DNA of 64,000 nucleotides. It comes from Microcoleus sp. GTDB lineage: Bacteria; Cyanobacteriota; Cyanobacteriia; Cyanobacteriales; Microcoleaceae. The translations under genes were made by a program, and so were the position numbers. The notes beneath the pieces were generated by a model. It worked only from the letters and a program-made list of their open reading frames with translations, ran no database searches and was not told the DNA's origin. The stretch covers positions 5,888,001 through 5,952,000 of the forward strand of contig CP181291.1 in the NCBI GenBank assembly GCA_052279835.1. The letters are read 5' to 3'. Shown here piece by piece: positions 10,908 to 20,808 of this stretch (position 1 is the first letter of the stretch; the number at the start of each line of letters is the position of its first letter).

Positions 10908-11104
10908 GGGGGGACAAGATTCCGATCGACAGTCCCCCGACTATCAGGGGGATGCGAGGGGGATCGAGATAGGTGCAACGACCCATTAAATTGGTATTAC
11001 GGATTAATATTTGGTCTGAATCCCGTTAACCTGTGTATTAATTTATTCCCTAACAAGATTTATATCTTGGTGCTGCCTAGTTGCGCTAGCCAAATTGCGA
11101 AAGA

Positions 11105-12029
11105 TTAGTTTCGCAAAATGTCCGAAGGCTTTTTCCCAAAATGCTGCTGGAAATATTTTGTAAAGCGACTATGATTGTAAAAGCCATATTCAAACGCAAC
11201 TTCCGTAATCGTTTTGTTGCTCTCAATTAACTCCGTATGAGCGGCTTCAAGTCGAGCATTTCGCAAGAATTGACTGGGAGAGACACCGTAATAACGAGCG
11301 AATGCTGTTTGCAAAGAACGACTGCTACAGTTCATGGCGGAAGCAATTTGGGCAATTGTCAGGTCTTGTTTCATATTTGCTCGGATGTATTCGGCCGCCT
11401 CTCGCACGCGGGCGATCGAGATTTCGGATACTTTAATAATCGATGGTTCTAAAGTGTTGTAAGATGAACCTTGGACTAAGGTAGAAAAAATAGCGATTTC
11501 TAAATTTTCAATTACCAGTGGATGTCCGTTAGTGTCAATTAAATTCGACAGCATTATCACCATTTGATATAGCGATCGACCGTAAAGAGTAGTGCGATCG
11601 ATAACTTGCAGCAGGTTAGGACGTTCAATGGATTTGTCAAGATACTTGCTCATTTCAGTTAAAAATCGAGCTTCATTTATATAAATTGATATTCCGCTGT
11701 ATTTGGCTGAGTGCTGAAGACGGGTTAGTTCGACTCCCGACTGACTTATCACCACATTTCGATCGTTCATGAGGAATTCGTTAGACCCCAACTTTCAATA
11801 AATGATCGCCGTTAAAAAATGTGAAACCTATTTTTCCTGGAAAAGTATATCCTGCGGTATATGTACTCCCAGCTTCCCAAACAACACTCACGAACTCTAA
11901 GTTTTTTAATTTAGCAAACCGCCATTGAATTTTATAATCTTTGGAATAGGAAATATGTTTAGTAAGAGTCGATACTTGCTTAATATATATCTCTGGATCG
12001 TTGATTTCAATATTTAAATCCCAGACCAT
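11105..12029 (-). pseudogene. AraC-family transcriptional regulator split by a +1 frameshift near 11786-11789
   Basis: C-terminal AraC double HTH (IAQIASAMNCSSRSLQ..ITEVAFEYGFYNHSRFTKYFQQHFGKKPS). Removing one G from GGGG joins ..LLKVG to SNEFLM.. Confidence 0.75.
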
Positions 12030-12182
12030 GATTAAATCCCCATATTTTACACCTACAATAAGTTATATCAATTATGTGTAAATATTGATACCTCTCCTGG
12101 GGTATTTTACAGTAATTATCTCAGGTCGATGTGGGCTGGTTTGTGAGATTCTGGGTTTTAGGACAATACAGTTCAGATAAGA

Positions 12183-12280
12183 CAGATCCCCCCCAGCCCC
12201 CCTTAAGAAGGGGGGAGCAAGAGTCTCAAAGTCCCCCTTCTTAAGGGGGATTTAGGGGGATCTAGACTTCGATACAAACG
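12183..12280. repeat. Cyanobacterial CCCCCTTAAGAAGGGGG palindromic dispersed repeat
   Basis: AGATCCCCCC..CCCCCCTTAAGAAGGGGGG..CCCCCTTCTTAAGGGGG..GGGGGATCT; related tail GGGGGAT.TAGACTT..ATACAAAC at ~16254. Confidence 0.75.
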
Positions 12281-12397
12281 AGTTGCTTGGGGGCCGATTT
12301 ATGAGATTGTAGGTTGTAGGCAATTACGATCGGTGAACCCTTCGGCTAAGCTCAGGGCATCGCCCGCCCCTACGGGAATGTAAATTTTACAGGTTTT

Positions 12398-13459
12398 ATG
12401 AATAACGACACAAATGTCAATACAGTCGAAGAACACGAGATTTTTGGCGATCGCGATTTGCCGTCTTGGTTAACCGAACAACAAATCAGTCTCGCTTTTA
12501 CTACCTATCAAACGAGCAGGTTAATGTTAATCGGCGCTGCGCCAGAAACCAACAGAATCTCGGCTTTTTGGCGAATATTCGATCGCGCTATGGGCCTCTA
12601 CTGCACCCCGGAACGCCTTTATTTAAGCTCTAAATATCAACTCTGGCAATTAGATAATGTGCTGGCTGCGGGCGGACAACATCAAGGTTACGATCGCCTT
12701 TACATACCGCGCATCGCCCACACCACCGGTGATATCGACATTCACGATATCGCTGTCGATAAAAACAACCAAATTATTTTTATTAGCACGTTGTTTAATT
12801 GTATTGCAACTTTGAGCGATCGCCATAGTTGCAAACCTCTCTGGAAACCGCCGTTTATCTCACAATACATCAACGAAGACCGCTGTCACCTCAACGGTTT
12901 GGCGATGGTGGATGGGGAGGCGAAATATGTCACGGCGTCGAGTCAGTCGGATGTGGTGGATGGTTGGCGCGATCGCCGAAAAAACGGCGGTATAGTGATT
13001 GATGTCGCATCTAATGATATTATTGTTACGGGATTGTCGATGCCGCATTCACCTCGCTGGTATCGAGATAAGTTGTGGTTGCTGAATTCGGGGAGAGGGG
13101 AATTTGGTTATGTCGATTTAGAGACAGGGAAATTTGAGGCTGTTACATTTTGTCCGGGATATGTCCGAGGATTGGCTTTTTGGCAAAATTGGGCGATTGT
13201 AGGATTGTCGAAACCGAGGGGTGGTGACAATACTTTTAGTGGTTTAGAGTTGGATGAGTTGTTGGTAGCTAAAGATGCTGAGGCTCGCTGCGGCATGATG
13301 GTGATAGATTTGAATACAGGGGCGATCGTGCATTGGTTGCGGTTTGAAGGGATTATCACGGAACTTTATGATGTGCAGGTGATTTCGGGAGTGCAAAAGG
13401 CGATGGCTTTGGGTTTTCAGACGGATGAAATTTCTCAATTAATTACTTTGGAACTTTAA
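12398..13459 (+). CDS. TIGR03032 / DUF4915 family protein
   Basis: SLAFTTYQ, FDRAMGL, TGDIDIHD, EDRCHLNGLAM, GLSMPHSPRW, FCPGY.RGL, ELYDV motifs. Confidence 0.9.
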   Translation: MNNDTNVNTVEEHEIFGDRDLPSWLTEQQISLAFTTYQTSRLMLIGAAPETNRISAFWRIFDRAMGLYCTPERLYLSSKYQLWQLDNVLAAGGQHQGYDRLYIPRIAHTTGDIDIHDIAVDKNNQIIFISTLFNCIATLSDRHSCKPLWKPPFISQYINEDRCHLNGLAMVDGEAKYVTASSQSDVVDGWRDRRKNGGIVIDVASNDIIVTGLSMPHSPRWYRDKLWLLNSGRGEFGYVDLETGKFEAVTFCPGYVRGLAFWQNWAIVGLSKPRGGDNTFSGLELDELLVAKDAEARCGMMVIDLNTGAIVHWLRFEGIITELYDVQVISGVQKAMALGFQTDEISQLITLEL

Positions 13460-13603
13460 CCGCTGATGGTGGCGGATAGGCGCTTTGGACCGCTTCGGAG
13501 TGTTGGTTTGGGTTTAAGGGCGAGATCCCTTTGCGATGTTTTTTGTAATGAAGGACTCTCGCGCTTTTGTTGATTGCTTGAATCGGCCGCAAATTTCGGA
13601 TAT

Positions 13604-15217
13604 CTATTTGCCAAAACGTCCCCGAAGGCGATCGACAAACATATCAACTTCTGGCAATTTCATCTGACTAACAAACACCGCAAAAACTCCTAGCCCAGCC
13701 AAACTTGCGACAGCCAACTCCACCAATTGAATTACCAAACCTTCTGTACCCAAAACTCTTTGACATCCTTGCAGAGTTGCCAAAGCCACAAAAGCCGTGA
13801 GAGAACTCCCTGAAGCTAATCCCAGAAATGGCAAACTCCACTGTCGCCAAGGTAGCCCACCCAGCTTTTTATCTAATAAGTACAAAAACATAATCATCGA
13901 AACAACATTCACTCCCACCGTCGCCAAAACTAATCCCGGTGCACCAAAAGCTCCTACTAACAAATAATCCAGCAACCCATTCAGAAAAATATTTATAATA
14001 CTGATGCGAAAAGGCGTTTCTCCATCTCCCAAAGCATAAAATACCCTCACCAAAACATCGCGCCCTAAATACACAAACATTCCAATACTGTAAGCCATCA
14101 ATATCGGTGTGACAAACTCAGAAGCTGATTGACTAAAAGCATAGCGTTCATAAACAACCCGCACAATCGGCTTAGCCAGTGTCACCATTAAAGCGCTCAA
14201 GGGCATCATTGTGAGCGCAGTTAAAATTAAAGCTTGACGAATTTTATCTTTTAATTCCGGCAAATCAGCAGGTTGCGTGAGGCGAGAGAATATTGGCAAA
14301 AATGGTACGAGAATTACATTAGAAATGATGCCTAAAGGTGTCATTACCAACAACCCCGCATACCCCATCGCAGATGCAGCTTGAGGGATGTAGGATGCGA
14401 AAAATAGGTCAGTGTAGACATTAATTTGCAACATTCCTGATGATAAAGTAGCAGGAACCATCACCTTAACTACTTCTTGCACTCCAGGACGTTTAAAATT
14501 AAACCGCAAACGCAATTGTCCCAAACCTGCACGCCACTGGGCTACCAGTTGCACTAACCACTGCAAAATTGCTCCCGCCAGAGTGCCCCAAGCTAATACT
14601 AAACCCCCCATTAATGCGTATTCTGGTTGAATAATTTTGTTTCCGAGTTGTATCGCCAACAGCCCTAAACCGCCGATTAGTGCCACACTGGAAAATAAGG
14701 GGCTGATGGAAGGAAGCCAGTACATATCGGCAGCATTAAGAGTGCCAAAACCAATGCCGATCAAGCCTGAAAGTAAGGCCATCGGTGCCATGATCCGAAA
14801 TTGTTGAATAGCGATCGCTTTTATTTCTAAACCTTCTGCTGTTCTACTTAATCCCGGTGCTACCAAATCGATCATCGGATCGGCAAAAATAATTAAAGCG
14901 ACTGTTACTAACAGTAGCAAACCACCGACTAAAGTGGTGATAGTTTCAACTAGAGGTGCTGCTTCTTTTTTATCCAGACGGGCTAAAACACTGACGATCG
15001 CGCTGTGAAATGGCCCGTTTATACCTCCGAGTAAAATAAATAAGAAACCGGGGATGACATAGGCGTAGTTGTAAGCATCGACGGCGACACCGACTCCAAA
15101 GGCTGCGGCGATCGCGATTTGGCGCACTAAGCCAAAGACTTTGCTAATCAAAGTGGCGACTGCGACAATGCCGGCAATTCCAGCTAGGGAACGAGAGGGC
15201 TTTTGTAATTGGGACAC
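13604..15217 (-). CDS. murJ: Lipid II flippase MurJ (MviN)
   Basis: ATLISKVFGLVRQ..AAAFG, QINVYTDLFFAS, VRVVYERYAF, RVFYALGD. Confidence 0.95.
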   Translation of the reverse strand: MSQLQKPSRSLAGIAGIVAVATLISKVFGLVRQIAIAAAFGVGVAVDAYNYAYVIPGFLFILLGGINGPFHSAIVSVLARLDKKEAAPLVETITTLVGGLLLLVTVALIIFADPMIDLVAPGLSRTAEGLEIKAIAIQQFRIMAPMALLSGLIGIGFGTLNAADMYWLPSISPLFSSVALIGGLGLLAIQLGNKIIQPEYALMGGLVLAWGTLAGAILQWLVQLVAQWRAGLGQLRLRFNFKRPGVQEVVKVMVPATLSSGMLQINVYTDLFFASYIPQAASAMGYAGLLVMTPLGIISNVILVPFLPIFSRLTQPADLPELKDKIRQALILTALTMMPLSALMVTLAKPIVRVVYERYAFSQSASEFVTPILMAYSIGMFVYLGRDVLVRVFYALGDGETPFRISIINIFLNGLLDYLLVGAFGAPGLVLATVGVNVVSMIMFLYLLDKKLGGLPWRQWSLPFLGLASGSSLTAFVALATLQGCQRVLGTEGLVIQLVELAVASLAGLGVFAVFVSQMKLPEVDMFVDRLRGRFGK

Positions 15218-15384
15218 AAAGGGTTAAAAACGCTAACAGTGAAAGGTTTCACTTAGTTTAATCGGAAATGTTGACTATAGTACCATGAATTCATAAAAAT
15301 TCTCTTATCAATTACCTAGGACTTACACATTTTGCTGATGACTGGTATATTGATGACTGCCAACAAATCACTAATTAGCGATAA

Positions 15385-16116
15385 ATGATGAGCGATTTTA
15401 TTTACACCTATCCACCTCTGTTGCCTGGTATTTTAATTAAACGATACAAGCGATTTTTTGCAGACATTGAACTCGATTCGGGAGAAATTATCACCGCCCA
15501 CTGTCCGAATACTGGCCCGATGACTGATGTTTATCTTCCCGGTAATCCTGTGTTTGTATCTCCCAGCGATAATCCTAAACGCAAGTTAGCTTATACTTGG
15601 GAATTAATTAAAGTGTGCGACACTGTACCAACTTGGGTGGGAGTTAATACGGGATTGCCCAATCGAGTGATTAAGTTAGCTTTGCAATTGCGATTGTTTC
15701 CTGAGTTGGGTAATTACAGTGTTATTCAACCGGAAGTTGTGTATGGCAAAGACAAAAAAAGTCGAGTTGATTTTTGGCTAACTGGTGAGCAAACTCCTAT
15801 TTTTTTAGAAGTCAAGAATACAACTTGGGCTAAGGAAGAATTAGCTCTATTTCCTGATACAGTGACTGAGAGGGGACAAAAACATTTGAGGGAATTGATT
15901 GAAATAGTGCGGCTGGGTTCGAGGGCTGTCATGCTGTATTTTATTAATCGTGGAGATTGTACAGATTTTGCTCCTGGGGATAGTGCCGATCGCCTTTACG
16001 GAGAATTATTAAGACAGGCTATAAATGTAGGTGTAGAGATTTTGCCTTGTCGGTTTGATGTGACACCGGAAGGTATTCGTTATTTGGGATTAGCCAAATT
16101 GAAGCTAGGGGAATAG
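15385..16116 (+). CDS. sfsA: DNA/RNA nuclease SfsA
   Basis: KRYKRFFAD, AHCPNTGPM, SRVDF, EVKNTT, FPDTVTERGQKHLREL. Confidence 0.95.
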   Translation: MMSDFIYTYPPLLPGILIKRYKRFFADIELDSGEIITAHCPNTGPMTDVYLPGNPVFVSPSDNPKRKLAYTWELIKVCDTVPTWVGVNTGLPNRVIKLALQLRLFPELGNYSVIQPEVVYGKDKKSRVDFWLTGEQTPIFLEVKNTTWAKEELALFPDTVTERGQKHLRELIEIVRLGSRAVMLYFINRGDCTDFAPGDSADRLYGELLRQAINVGVEILPCRFDVTPEGIRYLGLAKLKLGE

Positions 16117-16364
16117 TGAATTGGGAATAGCGAATTGGGAATGGTGATAACTTAAAACTGAAACCCATAATCATAAATGTCGCTTTCAGTCTAGTCTAGA
16201 GGGAGCATCTAGATTTTGTAAGGGCGGTGCCAAGAGTCCCCGCCCTCGGCTAGGGGGGATATAGACTTAAATACAAACAAGAGATACCGTTGGTTTGATG
16301 TTAAGTTATCACTAATGATTAGCGATGCCCAATTCCCAATTCCCAATTCCCAATTCCCAGTATT

Positions 16365-17039
16365 CTACCGACTTTGCTCTGAAAAGTTGACTAAATCTTG
16401 AATTCTCTCTTCCGTCATCCGAATCAAGGAAAGTTTGCTGTCACCATTAGATAGATAACTCTCAAATTTGCTGTTAGCATCGCGGAAAACAATCCACGCT
16501 CTCTGTGCTATCTTGAGTTGAGATTGACGGGAGGCAGAAAGAGTTCCAATTGTCTTTTGATATACTTGATTTAATTGGCCATCGACTGTTTGATAATTGC
16601 GATTTTTCGGCTGAGGCATCTGGTTTTGTAGATAACTGTTTAATTCTGAGACTCGCTTTTTAGTCAAATCTGTCCGACAGCTATTAGTAATTAACGGTGC
16701 CATGGTGCCACCTGCAACGGCACTTTGGGCGAATTGACAATCGGCATCGCGAAAGGAAATCCAGGCTCTTTGTGCTACAATTAATTGTTGGCGACGATTA
16801 GCCGAAAGTTGGTCTCGAACTTGATTGTAAACTTGGTTTAGTTGTTGGTCAGCGCGCCGATAGTCTAGGCCAGAACAAATGTTTAACTCGGTTTGAGTTT
16901 GGGGATTTTTGCAATTAGCTTGCTGTGCAACTAAGATTTGAGGAAAAATTTGAGGATTTGTGGCGATCGCCTTTGTACTCAAACCAATAAATGTTGCTAA
17001 ACTGAGGCTGGTTCCCAATAACAATTTTGACAAGTTCAT
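16365..17039 (-). CDS. Secreted LprI (DUF1311) family protein with two LprI-like repeats
   Basis: Signal-like N-terminus from ATG 17039; C.NPQTQ.ELN.C, AQRAWI.FRDA occurs twice. Confidence 0.85.
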   Translation of the reverse strand: MNLSKLLLGTSLSLATFIGLSTKAIATNPQIFPQILVAQQANCKNPQTQTELNICSGLDYRRADQQLNQVYNQVRDQLSANRRQQLIVAQRAWISFRDADCQFAQSAVAGGTMAPLITNSCRTDLTKKRVSELNSYLQNQMPQPKNRNYQTVDGQLNQVYQKTIGTLSASRQSQLKIAQRAWIVFRDANSKFESYLSNGDSKLSLIRMTEERIQDLVNFSEQSR

Positions 17040-17197
17040 ATAATGCCCTCTAATTTCAGAGATAAGCGACACTACACAGCCGTTTACTGTCAAACCGGAT
17101 ATTTTGCTATTTCTTTAACTTGTACTTTCAGTAACTGGGAATGTTTCGCTTACAATTACAATATGTAGCATCTAATCAAAAAAAAGGCGATCGCACC

Positions 17198-18520
17198 ATG
17201 GGCATGACTCTCACTGAAAAAATCTTAGCCAAAGCATCAGGGCGCAGCAAAGTTGAACCCGGAGAAAACATTTGGGTGGAAACAGACGTATTGATGACTC
17301 ACGATGTCTGCGGGCCCGGAACTATTGGAGTTTTCAAGAAAGAATTCGGCGACAATGCTAAAGTCTGGAATCCAGACAAAATCGTGTTAATCCCCGACCA
17401 CTATATTTTCACCAATGATGAACGCGCTAATCGCAACGTCGATATTCTCCGCGATTTTGCACAGGAACAAGGGATAAAATACTTTTACGACATCACGGAT
17501 CGATCGAACTTTAAAGCAAATCCCGACTACAAAGGCGTTTGCCACATCGCCCTCGCCCAAGAAGGCCACACACGGCCAGGCGAAGTCTTATTCGGTACAG
17601 ATTCCCACACCTGCAATGCCGGCGCTTTCGGACAATTTGCCACCGGCATCGGCAATACAGACGCAGCTTTTATCTTGGGAACCGGTAAACTGTTAATCAA
17701 AGTTCCGGCCACCATGCGGTTTATCTTCAACGGTGAACTACCCGATTATTTGTTAGCAAAAGACCTGATTTTGCAAATTATTGGTGATATTGGCGTCGCC
17801 GGTGCCAACTATCGCGCCATGGAATTTGCCGGCGATACTGTTGAGCGTTTGACGATGGAAGAACGGATGACGCTGTGCAATATGGTGATAGAAGGTGGTG
17901 GCAAAAACGGCACGGTGGCCGCCGACAAAACAACGTTGGATTACCTCAGTACCCGGACTAATGTGCCCTTTGATGTATTTTGCAGCGATGATGATGCTAA
18001 ATTTTATAGCGATCGCACCTATGATGTCACCCAATTAGAACCCGTCGTCGCCAAACCCCACTCTCCCGACAACCGGGATTTAGCACGGAATTGTCGCGAC
18101 GTCAAGATCGATCGCGTTTACATCGGTTCCTGCACAGGCGGCAAAACCTCCGACTTTTTGAATGCAGCGCGAATTATTAAAGGAAATCAAGTCAAAGTCC
18201 CGACTTATTTAGTGCCAGCAACTCAGAAAGTTTACGAAGATATGTTTACCACCAAATACGATGGTCAAACCCTGTCGGAAATCTTCTTAGCCGCCGGCTG
18301 CATCGAACCAGCAGCACCTTCTTGTGCCGCTTGTTTGGGCGGGCCAAAAGACACTTTTGGGCGAATGAACGAACCCGAAATTTGCGTATCTACAACCAAC
18401 CGCAATTTCCCCGGCCGGATGGGAAATAAGGAAGCTCAAGTTTATCTCGCTTCGCCTTATACAGCCGCAGCCTCTGCTTTGACTGGATATGTCACGGACC
18501 CGCGGGAATTCTTGTGTTAG
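17198..18520 (+). CDS. leuC: 3-isopropylmalate dehydratase large subunit (aconitase family)
   Basis: MTLTEKILA, GTDSHTC, IGSCTGG, CAACLG, STTNRNFPGRMG, YLASP. Confidence 0.92.
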   Translation: MGMTLTEKILAKASGRSKVEPGENIWVETDVLMTHDVCGPGTIGVFKKEFGDNAKVWNPDKIVLIPDHYIFTNDERANRNVDILRDFAQEQGIKYFYDITDRSNFKANPDYKGVCHIALAQEGHTRPGEVLFGTDSHTCNAGAFGQFATGIGNTDAAFILGTGKLLIKVPATMRFIFNGELPDYLLAKDLILQIIGDIGVAGANYRAMEFAGDTVERLTMEERMTLCNMVIEGGGKNGTVAADKTTLDYLSTRTNVPFDVFCSDDDAKFYSDRTYDVTQLEPVVAKPHSPDNRDLARNCRDVKIDRVYIGSCTGGKTSDFLNAARIIKGNQVKVPTYLVPATQKVYEDMFTTKYDGQTLSEIFLAAGCIEPAAPSCAACLGGPKDTFGRMNEPEICVSTTNRNFPGRMGNKEAQVYLASPYTAAASALTGYVTDPREFLC

Positions 18521-18541
18521 AAAGTTGATTAAAAACTTGAG

Positions 18542-18566
18542 GTAAGGTGCGCATCGCGCACCTTAC
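18542..18566. terminator. Hairpin downstream of leuC
   Basis: GTAAGGTGCG-CATCG-CGCACCTTAC. Confidence 0.6.
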
Positions 18567-18623
18567 CAAATTCATGTAACCGATGATAAAAGCAAGTACA
18601 ATTCTTGCTATATTTTCGATTCT

Positions 18624-18737
18624 CTACCCGCGTTGAGCATCGGAAGATGGGTTATTGAAGCGTAACCAAGTTGCTAAAACTGCTACTGCACAGGTTGAAG
18701 CCAAACTAAAAGTCAAGAAAGTTTCTAAAGCTGACAT
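18624..18737 (-). CDS. Candidate 37-aa single-helix membrane microprotein
   Basis: MSALETFLTFSLASTCAVAVLATWLRFNNPSSDAQRG*; fills an otherwise empty gap; not in the ORF track. Confidence 0.35.
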   Translation of the reverse strand: MSALETFLTFSLASTCAVAVLATWLRFNNPSSDAQRG

Positions 18738-18875
18738 AAGCTACTCTAATTTTGTGAAGGAACAAACAAGTTTTGCTATTCATTTTTATATCAGGCTCCA
18801 TCGAGCTTTTCAAGCGATCGCCCACAAAGTTCTCACTACTTAACTTTTTGTAATATTTAGAAAAATAGCATTACA

Positions 18876-19508
18876 TTATTCCCATTTATCGATGATTCCT
18901 ATCAATTCTTGGGGATGTTCAATCAAAAAATCGGGATAATGTGCAGCCAAAGCTGACTGAGAATTAAAACCCCAACTTACAGCAATTACTTTAATTCCCG
19001 TTCTTTTAGCCGCCTCTATATCTCTAACTTCATCTCCGACATAAACCACTTGTTCAGGATGGAATTCCTGTCGTTTTAACCATCTATAAATAACTTTGTG
19101 TTTGCCGAAAGTTGTCCCAGAATCAATAAAATCAAAACAGCCTTCCAAACCGTTTTTTTTCAGAGATTCTAAAACATTTTCTCTAGAATTAGAAGTAATA
19201 ATACCTAGGATAAAATTTCGATTTTTTAACTCTAATAAAACTTCTGTAATTCCAGGAAAGAGTTGGATTTGGTAAATTTCCTTGCGTAAATTTGCTTTTA
19301 ATTTTCTAATCACAAGCGGTAATTTAAAAACAGAAATCCCAGAGTAATTCAAGATTTGCCAAGAATTTAAATTGCTCAGTTTAGCAAGTTCTTCTTTTGT
19401 TACAGACTTAAAGCCAAATTCCACTGACAAACGGTTGGTAATACTGAGCAGAAGATCGATTGTATCTGCTAAAGTACCGTCAAAATCAAAAATAATTACT
19501 TTCAGCAT
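18876..19508 (-). CDS. HAD-superfamily hydrolase (phosphoglycolate phosphatase-like)
   Basis: FDFDGTLADT, ITSN, YVGDEVRDIEAA. Confidence 0.9.
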   Translation of the reverse strand: MLKVIIFDFDGTLADTIDLLLSITNRLSVEFGFKSVTKEELAKLSNLNSWQILNYSGISVFKLPLVIRKLKANLRKEIYQIQLFPGITEVLLELKNRNFILGIITSNSRENVLESLKKNGLEGCFDFIDSGTTFGKHKVIYRWLKRQEFHPEQVVYVGDEVRDIEAAKRTGIKVIAVSWGFNSQSALAAHYPDFLIEHPQELIGIIDKWE

Positions 19509-19576
19509 TTAAAATACGTTGTGGGCATGGGGCAGAAAAATTTGATATTAGTAATTGGAACCAATAAAAAACCACA

Positions 19577-19668
19577 AACAAACAACAACCAACAATCAAC
19601 AATCAACAACCAATAACAAATAACAAATAACAAATAACAAATAACAAATAACAAATAACCAATAACAA
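19577..19668. repeat. Heptamer tandem repeats (STRR-type, AATAACA)
   Basis: (AATAACA)n; similar heptamer runs at ~16110-16145, 16328-16358, 26470-26610 and 42537-42643. Confidence 0.85.
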
Positions 19669-20604
19669 CTAACTATTTATTTGATTTGCCTTCGCATTTC
19701 GTCGCAGCATTTCCGGTTTAATTCGCCGCAATGCCGAAGCTGTAAATCTCCGGTTCCATTCTTCATCAGAAATTTCTGCTAATTCCGTCAGTGTCGGCGC
19801 TATATTTTCAGGATAAGGCTCAAATTCTGGCATATCTGTTGGTTTAGCAAAACGCTGATTCCAAGGACAAACATCTTGACAAATGTCACAACCTGCTACC
19901 CAACCTTGTAAATTAGATGCTATTTGGTCTGGCAATTTTTCGGCTCGATTCTCGATCGTATGATACGCTATACATCGATCGGCATTAACGACAAAAGGCT
20001 CAGTAATTGCCTCCGTAGGACAGGCATCAATGCAGCGAGTGCAAGTACCGCAATGTTGAGTATGACCCGCATCTGGTACTAACTCCAAATTGGTCAAAAC
20101 TTCGCCCAAAAACACCCAAGAACCGTATTCCCGCGAAATTACATTACCATTTTTGGCAATCCAGCCAATCCCAGCCCGCCCGGCCCACACTTTATCCTGA
20201 ATTGGCCCAGTATCAGCATAATACCGCGCTTCGATGCCTTCACCTTGCGATCGCACCCAATCTGCCAACACCTTCAGTTTTTTGTGCAGGATTTTATGAT
20301 AATCCCGTCCCCAACCGTAGCGAGAAATTTTGGCATATTCCGGGCTTTCGGGACGTTGATGAGGCGTGTAGTAGTTGATGGCGACACATATTAAGGACTT
20401 TACTTCTGGCATCACGGCGCGAATATCTTGTCGTTTCGGATTAGCCATCCATCCCATATCACCTTGATAGCCTCGATCCAACCATGCCTGCAATCTTTGT
20501 GACTCCTCATCATTCCCCTCGTCTACCAAGGCTATCCCCACCTTGTGAAATCCCAACTCTAGGGATTTTTGCTTAATTCGATCGCTATTTATTGATACTT
20601 TCAT
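19669..20604 (-). CDS. queG: Epoxyqueuosine reductase QueG
   Basis: SRYGWGRDYH, DTGP, CGTCTRCIDACPT, GCDICQDVCPWN. Confidence 0.96.
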   Translation of the reverse strand: MKVSINSDRIKQKSLELGFHKVGIALVDEGNDEESQRLQAWLDRGYQGDMGWMANPKRQDIRAVMPEVKSLICVAINYYTPHQRPESPEYAKISRYGWGRDYHKILHKKLKVLADWVRSQGEGIEARYYADTGPIQDKVWAGRAGIGWIAKNGNVISREYGSWVFLGEVLTNLELVPDAGHTQHCGTCTRCIDACPTEAITEPFVVNADRCIAYHTIENRAEKLPDQIASNLQGWVAGCDICQDVCPWNQRFAKPTDMPEFEPYPENIAPTLTELAEISDEEWNRRFTASALRRIKPEMLRRNAKANQINS

Positions 20605-20808
20605 AAAGTAAACTCATATATCATAAATTGTGCAATTAGTCTAGTGATATCAACCAATTTAGCCCCAAGAATCATAATACTTTTAAAATCTTTATATTTA
20701 TAAATTTGATTTGTAATTTGTCAAAAATGTTACATAATTTTAAGCAAGGGAGATTAAGGTTCGCTAACTCAATTACCTCACTAAAAGCGCGAATCTCGCA
20801 ACAGACAC

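Noticed and set aside
10400..11108. 195-aa and 80-aa ORFs
   Set aside because: They translate the duplicated MITE/REP DNA and have no protein-like features
18655..18843. 62-aa plus-strand ORF
   Set aside because: TTG start, no motif, and it overlaps a more protein-like minus-strand ORF
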